This document shows positions 8,125 through 16,999 of a DNA stretch of 23,084 nt, one piece after another. The notes below the pieces were generated by a model, which was not told where the DNA came from, did not search any database, and saw only the letters and a program-made list of their open reading frames with translations. The DNA is taken from assembly GCA_002269645.1 (NCBI GenBank), contig NIVC01002726.1:1-23084 (forward strand), given 5' to 3'. The translations under genes were made by a program, and so were the position numbers. This DNA comes from Macrostomum lignano. Lineage: Eukaryota. Each line of letters starts with the position of its first letter. Within the stretch, counting starts at the first letter, position 1.

Positions 8125-8287
8125 GAAGGGGGTTCGATAACTGGACAGCCGCTAACTAACCGCGACTAACTCTGCTTAACTTGCAAGCAGGCGGCGGACG
8201 AACTTTCACATTGCAAGCTCTGAGAACCCTGCTACTCCAAGAGTCAGGCGCGTCATACATGCAGATCCCCGACAGAGTGGCGCTCAC

Positions 8288-8446
8288 CTGCGCTCCGTCA
8301 ATGCAGCAGGTGGCCAGCAGGTTGGGGCCCAGCCGGCTCCAGTCCTGCGAGCTGATGCTGCGCGAGTGGCCGCGCAGGCTGGCCAGGCAGGCGGGCGAGG
8401 AGCCGCCGCTGGCGCCGCAGTCGAACACCTGGCAGACATTGTTGCG
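8288..8446 (-). CDS. WDR59: Host WDR59-like gene, coding exon 3 (53 codons, phase 0 to 0)
   Basis: Pyrimidine tract plus ctgcag acceptor (AG 8448-8447) and CAG|GTGAGC donor. Peptide RNNVCQVFDCG...LRGHSRSISSQDWSRLGPNLLATCCIDGAQ resembles the recalled human WDR59 segment SNQRVDLYKW...LQGHTRVISDLDWAVFEPDLLVTSSVD. Confidence 0.82.
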
Positions 8447-8480
8447 CTGCAGTTGGGGCGGCGGGAGGGAGGTTTATAGG

Positions 8481-9360
8481 GATCTCTAATGGGAGATTAA
8501 TATCTGGGTAATGAGATCTCTAATGGGAGATTAATATCTGGGTAATGAGATCTCTAATGGGAGATTAATATCTGGGTAATGAGATCTCTAATGGGAGATT
8601 AATATCTGGGTAATGAGATCTCTAATGGGAGATTAATATCTGGGTAATGAGATCTCTAATGGGAGATTAATATCTGGGTAATGAGATCTCTAATGGGAGA
8701 TTAATATCTGGGTAATGAGATCTCTAATGGGAGATTAATATCTGGGTAATGAGATCTCTAATGGGAGATTAATATCTGGGTAATGAGATCTCTAATGGGA
8801 GATCAACACCTGGATTATGGGATATGTAATGGGAGATCAACACCTGGATTATGGGATCTGTAATTGGAGATTAACATTTGGATGATGGGATCTGTAATTA
8901 GCGATTAACACTTGGATGATGGGATCTGTAATTGAAGATTATTATCTGGGTAATGGGATCTTTTACCTGGATAATGAGATCTCTAATGGGAGATTGACAC
9001 GTAGATGATAGGATCTTTAATTTGAGATTAACACCTGGATGATGGGATCTCTAATTGTAGATTAACACCTCGACGGTGGGATCTCTAATTGGAGATTAAC
9101 ACCTGGATGATAGGATATTTAATGGGAGATTAACACCTGGATGATGGGATCTCTAATGGGAGACTAACACCTGGATGATGGGATCTCTAATTGGAGATTA
9201 ACACCTGGATGATGGGATCTCTAATGGGAGACTAACACCTGGATGATGGGATCTCTAATTGGAGATTAACACCTGGATGATGGGATCTCTAATTGGAGAT
9301 TAACACCTGGATGATGGGATCTCTAATTGGAGATCAACACCTGCATGATGGGATCTACAA
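8481..9360. repeat. 34-bp minisatellite in WDR59-like intron 2, about 26 units
   Basis: Unit GGGAGATTAATATCTGGGTAATGAGATCTCTAAT starting at 8491, 8525, 8559 and so on. About 9 identical copies to ~8800, then the variant GGGAGATTAACACCTGGATGATGGGATCTCTAAT. Confidence 0.95.
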
Positions 9361-9502
9361 TAAGTGATATACCTGGATGATGATTGCTACATGATAAATA
9401 AGTTAAAAAAAGTAATTTGACTTTGACAATGATGCAACTAATGGATGAGCACAGTGAGCAGGGCAGTCACGTGACTAAAGCCAATGAGCTAATCGAACTC
9501 AC

Positions 9503-9641
9503 AGCCGCCATGAACAGCTTGGAGCTGCTGGCATCCTGCAGCTTCTGCCAGACGGCGCAGTGCACGTCCCATTTGGTGTCGCCTTGGATTCGCTTGACAA
9601 TTTGCTGATCATCAAAATCGTAGAGGACAATCTCTCGCTTG
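9503..9641 (-). CDS. WDR59: Host WDR59-like gene, coding exon 2 (139 bp, phase 2 to 0)
   Basis: ccgcag acceptor and GCT|GTGAGT donor. Peptide (C)KREIVLYDFDDQQIVKRIQGDTKWDVHCAVWQK...KLFMAA parallels recalled human GRRFLYIVNLD...RKISRQSKWDIGAVQW...YFAAS. Phases match both neighbours. Confidence 0.82.
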
Positions 9642-9731
9642 CTGCGGTTGTTCAGGGGGAGTTAATATAAAAACCTGTCTGTCAGCAGGCAGCCAGCCAA
9701 TGTAATGCTAATACAATCTAAAGTCTCTTAC

Positions 9732-9838
9732 CATCCTAAAATAGCCAATTTTCCCGATGAGTCAACAGACACTGATGACGAGTTTGACAGGCTGACAGAT
9801 GTAAGTTCAATGCATTTTGTGGCTAGGTAACTGTCCAT
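9732..9838 (-). CDS. WDR59: Host WDR59-like gene, first coding exon (107 bp)
   Basis: ATG at 9838. MDSYLATKCIELTSVSLSNSSSVSVDSSGKLAILG plus TG|GTAAG donor. SVSVDSSGKLAILG parallels recalled human AMSVDCLGQHAVLSG; split codon TG+C gives Cys across a 90-bp intron. Confidence 0.78.
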
Positions 9839-10093
9839 TTTCTGGAATTAATTGTAACAATATCAATAAATAATATTACATTGTTGCTGTACCACAAAAA
9901 CTAGCAGCATAAACCAATAAATTTGCTTGTATTTTTTATCAAAGTTAAATTGCATCAAAATTTTTAGGGTTGTATGAATGAGATTAGGATTCCTATCTTC
10001 TAATTTATAAGTTTAGATCAATTCAGTATTTATTATTTCTATAACTGGTAGATATTTTGTCATAGTTATTGAGACTTATCAGATTAGATTAGA

Positions 10094-10328
10094 CTAGCAA
10101 TCTTGTGTCCCCCTTTGGGGTGGCCAATAAGAAAAGGACAAAAATTACTTAGTGTGAATCATATATGCTTTAACATCTTAGCAAAACTTCCATAAGTCTT
10201 GACTTCTTAGCAATTCCACTTAAACCTTGACTTCTTAGCCTTGAAAAGCCATTTCTTCTGAAATTAACCACATATACATACCTAGATACTGATAAATTGA
10301 TATGGAAACTATTTTTTAAGCTATAAGA
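10094..10328 (-). mobile_element. Short non-autonomous Helitron-like element (~235 bp)
   Basis: Minus-strand 3' end CACCCCAAAGGGGGACACAAGATTGCTAG|T (hairpin plus CTAG before T). 10247-10264 is 17/18 identical to 14900-14917 of the long copy. TC start proposed at 10328. Confidence 0.6.
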
Positions 10329-10969
10329 AGGAAGGACAATGCCTAAAAATTTTCTTTGGTATACAAGCTGGTGGCACTTAAGTGAGGCTCTTCACAGCAA
10401 TTATCCATAGAAGATAATATAAAAAACTTTAAAAAAATTGTATCACTTGCTTTGGTACATAATAATATATATAGAAAAGCTATAGTCTTAAGTTAAAGTA
10501 TGTATAATGCATATAAGAAGACTTAAAAATTTTATACCCTATGCTATAATATAGTGATTTCATTTGCTATTCAAACAATTTTTCTGGCAGATAAATAAAT
10601 TGTGAGTCCCAGTTCCATAGTTCTGGCCTATTGTAAATTACAATATACTTATATAAATAAAAACTAACATAATTTACTTCTTTGAGTAGTTGATATACAA
10701 ATAGTATGCTATAACCTTGCATTACTTTTATACTTTATTTATATGTATACAATATAATAAATAATAATAATAGTTGTGCAAATCATAAGACTTAAGAATC
10801 TGCTGAATTATATAAGTCATATATAGATATGTATACTAGCAATCTTCGCCCCCCGATGGGGGACATCTGGATAGAATCTCTGTTCTCTACAAGTAACAAA
10901 AAAACAGCCAAAAATCCTTCAAAAAGACAACAGACAAACTGCTCAAATGAAGTGCATTGCAAAAAGAAA

Positions 10970-11393
10970 TCATCCCAAGACCGCAAGCATCCCCCAGATA
11001 GCAAGCATCCCCCAGATAGCAAGCATCCCCAAGATAGCAAGCATCCCCAGATAGCAAGCATCCCCAAGATAGCAAGCATCCCCCAGATAGCAAGCGTCCC
11101 CCAGATAGCAAGCATCCCCCAGATAGCAAGCATCCCTCAGATAGCAAGCATCCCCCAGATTTCAAGCATCCCCCAGATAGCAAGCATCCCCCGGATAGCA
11201 AGCATTCCCCAGAGAGCAAGCATCCCCCAGATAGCAAGCATCCCTCAGATAGCAAGCATCCCCCAGATAGCAAGCATCCCCCAGATAGCAAGCATCCCTC
11301 AGATAGCAAGCATCCCCCAGATAGCAAGCATCCCCCAGATAGCAAGCATCCCCCAGATAGCAAGCATCCCCAAGATAGCAAGCATCCACCAGA
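10970..11393. repeat. 18-bp tandem repeat, about 23 units
   Basis: Unit CCCCCAGATAGCAAGCAT, with one 17-bp unit near 11045. Confidence 0.95.
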
Positions 11394-11477
11394 CAATAAG
11401 TAGCTAGTGCGACAATTTCCTTAGCATTATAGCGGCTCCTTTAAAATTCGCTTACTTTTACGTTTGAAATTGTGTAT

Positions 11478-14378
11478 CTTTTATGTTTAACAGGGTGGCT
11501 CTTTTATGTTATACATTGTGGCTCTTTTATGTTATACATTGTGGCTCTTTTTTGTTCTACGCTCGTACATGGTAACTCTTTTATGTTTGATACGGTGGCT
11601 TTTCAATGTCTGACATGGTGGCTCTTCTATGTTTGACATGGGGGCTCTTCTATGTTTGACATGGGAGCTCTTCTATGTTTGACAAAGTGGCTTTTTAATG
11701 TTTGACATGGTGGCTCTATTATGTTTGACATGGTGGCTCTATTATGTTTGACATGGTGGCTCTTTAATGTTCAAAAAGTTGGCTCTTTTATGTTTGACAT
11801 GGTGGCTCTTTAATGTTTGACATGGTGGCTCTTTAATGTTTGACATGGTGGCTCTTTAATGTTAGACAAAGTAGCTCTTTAATGTTTGACATGATGGCTC
11901 TTAAATGTTAGACATGGGGGCTCTTTACTTTTTGACATGGTGGCTCTTTAATGTTGGACATGGTGGCCTTTAATGTTAGACATGGTGGCTCTTTAATGTT
12001 CGACATAAAGTCACTTATATGTTTGACATGGTGGCTCTTTAATGTTTGACATGGTGGCTCTTTTATGTTCGACATGGTGTCGCTTCAATGTTCGACATGG
12101 AGTTACGTATATGTTTTACATGGTGACTCTTTTATGTTCGACATGGTGGCTCTTTAATGTTTGACATGGGGTCTCTTCAATGTTTGACATGGAGTTACGT
12201 ATATGTTTGACATGGTGGCTCTTTAATGTTTTACATGGTGGCACTTTCATGTTTGACCTGGTGGCTCTTTAATATTTGACATGTTGGCTCTTTTATGTTT
12301 GACATGGTGGCTCTTTTATCTTTGACATGGTGGCTCTGTAATGTTCGACATGGAGTCATGTATATGTTTCACATGGTAGCTCTTAAATGTTCGACATGGT
12401 GGCTCTTTAATGTTCAACATGGAGTCATGTATATGTTTGACATGGTGGCTCTTAAATGTTCGACATAGTGGCTCTATAATGTTTGACATGGTGGCTCTTT
12501 AATGTTCGACATGGCGTCATGTATATGTTTGACATGGTAGCTCTTGAATGTTCAACATGGAGTCATGTATATGTTTGACATGGTGGCTCTTAAATGTTCG
12601 ACATGGTGGCTCTTTAATGTTTGACATAGTGTCTCTTTACTGTTTGACATGGAGTCATGTATATGTTTGACATGGTGGTTCTTTAATGTTAGACATGGTG
12701 GCTCTTTTATGTTTTGCATGGTGGCTCTTTTATGTTCGACATGGTGTCTCTTCAATGTTTGACATGGCGTCATGTATATGTTTGACATGGATGCTCTTGT
12801 ATTTTTAACATGTTGACTCTTTAATTTTCGAAATGGTGGCTCTTAATTGTCTAACATGGAGTCACGTATATGTTTGACATGGAGTCATGCATATGCCTGA
12901 TATGGTAGCTCTTTAATGTTTTACATGGAGTCACGTATATGTTTCACATGTTGGGTATTTTATGTTTGACATGGTGGTTCTTAAATGTTCGACATGGTGG
13001 CTCTTTAATGTTTTACATGGTGGCACTTTCATGTTTGACCTGGTGGCTCTTTAATGTTTGACATGGTGGCTCTTTAATATTTGACATGGTGGCCCTTTTA
13101 TGTTCGACATGGTGGCTCTTCAATGTTTGACATGGAGTCACGTATATGTTTTACATGGTGGCTCTTTTATGTTCGACATGGCGTCATGTATATGTTTGAC
13201 ATGGTAGCTCTTGAATGTTCAACATGGAGTCATGCATATGTTTGACATGGTAGCTCTTGAATGTTCAACATGGAGTCATGTATATGTTTGACATGGTGGC
13301 TCTTAAATGTTCGACATGGTGGCTCTTTAATGTTAGACATAGTGTCTCTTTAATGTTTTGCATGGTGGCTCTTTTATGTTCGACATGGTGTCTCTTCAAT
13401 GTTTGACATGGAGTCATGTATATGTTTGACATGGTGGCTCTTGTATTTTTAACATGTTGGCTCTTTAATGTTCGACATGGTGGCTCTTTAATGTCTAACA
13501 TGGAGTCACGTATATGTTTGACATGGAGTCATGTATATGTCTGATATGGTAGCTCTTTAATGTTTTACATGAAGTCACGTATATGTTTCACATGGTGGCT
13601 ATTTTATGTTTGACATGGTGGTTCTTAAATGTTCGACATGGTGGCTCTTTAATGTGTTACATGGTGGCACTTTCATGTTTGACCTGGTGGCTCTTTAATG
13701 TTTGACATAGTGTCTCTTTAATGTTTGACATGGAGTCATGTATATGTTTGACATGGTAGCTCTTGAATGTTCGACATAGAGTCATGTATATGTCTGCCAT
13801 GGTGGCTCTTTAATGTTAGACATGGTGGCACTTTCATGTTTGACCTGGTGGCTCTTTAATGTTTGACATGGTGGCTCTTTAATATTTGACATGGTGGCCC
13901 TTTAATATTTGACATGGTGGCCCTTTAATGTTCGACATGGTGGCTCTTCAATGTTCGACATGGAGTCATGTATATGTTTGACCTGGTTGCTCTTTAATGT
14001 TTGACATGGTGGCTCTTTAATGTTCGACATGGTGGCTCTTTTAGGGTTGAAATGGTGGCTCTTTAATGTTTGACATGGTGGCTTTTTAATGTTCGACATG
14101 GTGGCTCTTTTATGTTCGACATGGCGTCATGTATATGTTTGACATGGTAGCTCTTGAATGTTCAACATGGAGTCATGTATATGTTGGACGTGGTGGCTCT
14201 TTAATGTTCGACATGGTGGCTCTTTAATGGTTGACATGGTGGCTCTTTAATGTTCGACATGGTAGCTCTTTAATGTTCGACATGGTGGCTCTTTAATGGT
14301 CGACATGGTGGCTCTTTAATGGTCGACATGGTGGCTCTTTAATGTTTGACATGGTGGCTCTTTAATGTTTGACATTGT
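11478..14378. repeat. 23-bp satellite array, about 125 units, two main monomer types with higher-order structure
   Basis: GACATGGTGGCTCTTTAATGTTT (catgg at 11821 and 11844) and variant GACATGGAGTCATGTATATGTTT. Confidence 0.96.
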
Positions 14379-14421
14379 GCTTTTTTGTGTTTAGCATTTT
14401 GTGTTTTTAAGATTTTTGAAT

Positions 14422-14505
14422 AAAAAAATCTTTTTGCACTACTAAGATTCGAACCCAGGTCGTAGCATTAGCAGTCCAGTCTGTTCGCATCTATGCTATC
14501 TCTTG
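14422..14505 (-). pseudogene. tRNA-derived Pol III unit (tRNA-Ser(GCT)-like arm) inside the Helitron
   Basis: A-box-like TAGCATAGATG (14498-14488), TGGACTGCTAAT, B-box GGTTCGAATC (14455-14446) and a T7 run (14428-14422). Stems are degenerate. Confidence 0.55.
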
Positions 14506-16047
14506 TCTTGAATTGTGGCCCTTATAATTTAATTTTTATAGCAAATCGGTTAGAGTAAAAAGTTATGACATAATCAATTTCTCAGTCAGCCAGTATCAGT
14601 GTCAATTTAAGTTAGCAATATTGTTACACAATTTAAATCAAGTTTTGTGTGCATTTGTTCGGCACTGTTTTCAACTGGTTGTGATGTAATCTTTATCACA
14701 ATTGGAATTCAGTCAGTCAGTTTTTTCTCTAGCATTCTTACAATGCATTTCAGGTCGAAAGAGCTGCTTGACCTTTGCAAAAAAGCATGTTTTTCGAATA
14801 TTTAATCCCTTTAAAATTGAGCAATTTCTTAGCCAAGATGCATGTACCGTCCCAGGAAAATTTCTGATCGAATGGTGCAAGTTTGAAGAAAATCGATTGA
14901 GCCATTTTTTCTGAAATCTATCGCATACCTACCTACCTACCCACAGACAACTCATTTTTAGTATATAGGACAAACACATATGTATACACTTTATAATGCA
15001 AATTTTATTATAAAACATCTGAAAATAAATTTAAACATTAGAAAAGGCCCATTAAGACTTTAACTCTATTCAGAGATCTGAGTACTATAACTTAATATAT
15101 ACTATGTAGCTTATAGGCCAGAAAAAATTCATGGTATAAGTATTAATAGATTAGCTGATACATACTATACATATATCAGCATCTATACATACATAAATAC
15201 TATACAATGAGATGGAAGGCCTCACTTAGTTCAATAGATATGATGGCAGCAAAGAGTTTGTGCTGCTCTGCGTGTGTATTTATATAATTACAAACAGTGT
15301 GAGATTGAGGGGCCTAGGGAGGTGCAAAAAAGTAGCGTGGCATGATAGGCTACACCAACCCCCCTTCCTGGCTTAGCGAGCTGGCTAGCTTGGTGTGCAC
15401 CTACCCCACCTCAGCTAGACAGAGGTTGGGGGGTTTCCAGTGTGACTGCACTGGTGCTGCCGGTTGCATATAGTCTGGCTGCCACAACAAACAAAAATAG
15501 ATAAAAAGGTGGCAAATGGGCAATCTCCCAGTTTAATACATTAAATTATTTGCAATTTTTAATTAAGTCATTATGAGGTCATGATAAATATCAAGCAAGC
15601 AAGTCAATAAGTCAGAAAGTCAATTAAGCAAGTCAATAATAGTGTGCCACCTAGTAGTTAAAGTACTAAGACATATCCAATCATGGCCTTGTTTGTACTA
15701 TGCTTGACTATGTTTAGCACCTAATGGCCCTCACAATAAACACCTTGGTGAGGTGATACTTTCAATGAAAGAACTTATTAATAGATTTATCTATCTCTAT
15801 CCCACTTCTAAGGCTACCAAGCTTTATGGGATAGTTGAGCAAATACTGACAGTGACAGCAAATATCATAACAATTTTGTTTAGTCTATGGCAGTCTAATA
15901 GGATAGTCAATGTAATACTTATTATTCAATCTGGTATATAGGTATATTGTATGCCTAGAGATAGACAAAATCTAGCAACTAGGTGATAATTAGATAGGTG
16001 TAAAGAAGCTGCACTTTCTAATGGCCTTTTAATATCCTACAGGTAAG

Positions 16048-16540
16048 ACTAGACTAACTAATGCCAGGGGTGTGGGGGTGGCCAGCCCCCCACTAGACCA
16101 TTAAACTAACTAATGCCAGGGGCATGGGGGGCAGCGAGCCCCCCACTATTTTATTAGAGGCAGGGGGTTGTGTGCACCCTGGCGCACTTTAAGCGACATT
16201 GGCACACAACTGGCGAGAGGCATTACTGCCCATTCCACCGACTCCCCTGAGTAGGCATATAAGCACATGGATATGTATGCAGGAGTGTACAGTGGCCCTA
16301 ACTTTATATTATTGTTAGGCATGTACACTTCACTGCGCCTTGGGGGTTGGCTCTCAAGGCCATTAATTGCACGATCAAAGCCAAGCCGAGATTCCAATTC
16401 AGCCCCAAATTAATGTGACTGCACTTGGAATCGAGCCTGGGTCACTAGCACACCAGAGCAGCTGCGCTACCACTGGGCTATGCCCCCCTTGCCCCCCACT
16501 ATACCACTAGACTAACTAATGCAAGGGGTGTAGGGGGGCT
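16048..16540. repeat. Three ~50-bp GC-hairpin units (ACTAACTAATGCCAGGGG...GGGGG...AGCCCCCCACTA) interrupted by a SINE
   Basis: Units at 16048-16096, 16105-16148 and (partial) 16506-16540. Confidence 0.7.
16150..16490 (-). mobile_element. tRNA-derived SINE (~340 bp) with a 12-bp target-site duplication
   Basis: Head GGGGGCATAGCCCAGTGGTAGCGC...GGCTCGATTCC (A box and variant B box), ends in CTAATAAA, flanked by GCCCCCCACTAT at 16138-16149 and 16491-16502. Confidence 0.75.
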
Positions 16541-16999
16541 TTTTAGCTCTTAATTTGGGTGAAACACATAGGTCATAGCTATAAAAGATAAAAACACAAT
16601 ATAACCATCATCCCGTCTTTGAAGACAATAGCATCTTCATTCACTAGTTAATGAAGACAGTCTTTTTGCCCCAGTGAGCTTTGGGTTGGAATTTTGTAAT
16701 ACCTAATGTTGTATCAATTATTTAGAGACTTCCAAGTTCCAAGTCATTATTAACACTGATGCTCCTAATATTTTGTGTCATGACTCATGTCATACATAAA
16801 GTTAGCCTAATAGATAAATAAGGTGAGTGTTGCAATTTTACATATACATTTGGTATTAACCTCTTCTAAATAGAAGAGGATTTTATTCATCTCCATTCCA
16901 GTTGGATGGTAAACAGCACTTACCATAGACTATTCCCTTTAGCAGAATGGTTTGCTAAGTCTATGGCTATTCTAATCTAATAAAAAGACATTGACTAAG

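Larger units (their letters stand above)
10836..14970 (-). mobile_element. Non-autonomous Helitron-like element (~4.1 kb) carrying two satellite arrays
   Basis: Minus-strand 5' TCCTATATACTAAAAATGAG followed by a (GGTA)n microsatellite, and 3' GTCCCCCATCGGGGGGCGAAGATTGCTAG|T with a GC hairpin ~9 nt before CTAG. No TSD and no Rep/helicase ORF. Confidence 0.75.

Noticed and set aside
7783-8489. ORFs 7783-8118 (-), 8181-8489 (+) and 8156-8428 (-) as stand-alone genes
   Set aside because: The first lies in TIR repeats, the second is antisense to a GC-rich exon, and the third is exon 3 reading past its splice donor.
8481-9360. 34-bp array as the Polinton TIR or as a CRISPR array
   Set aside because: A spliceable host exon (8288-8446) separates it from the virus, the units are head-to-tail with no unique spacers, and the context is eukaryotic. 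Shared words such as GGATTATGG and GGAGATT with viral repeats are too short to mean anything.
10329-10827. Alternative Helitron 5' end A|TCTATATATG at 10827, giving a 734-bp element
   Set aside because: The motif is common in AT-rich DNA, and homology to the long copy places the end near 10328. Not fully excluded.
10792-14099. Repeat-derived ORFs (10792, 10887, 11162, 12552, 13265, 13902) as proteins
   Set aside because: They are translations of the 18-bp and 23-bp tandem repeats; the 23-bp unit cycles through frames and has no coding signature.
16028-16047. TTTTAATATCCTACAG|GTAAG, a recursive-splice-site-like AG/GT junction on the plus strand
   Set aside because: No plus-strand host gene is evident in the window, so it cannot be supported without RNA data.
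14702-16397. ORFs 14702-14914, 15753-15941 and 16146-16397
   Set aside because: Short, non-ATG or low-complexity, and lying in Helitron, AT-rich or SINE sequence with no recognisable motifs.
16856-16879. TTAA followed by the perfect hairpin CCTCTTCTA-AA-TAGAAGAGG as a piggyBac left end
   Set aside because: No matching right TIR plus TTAA was found downstream of 18253, so element ends cannot be assigned.
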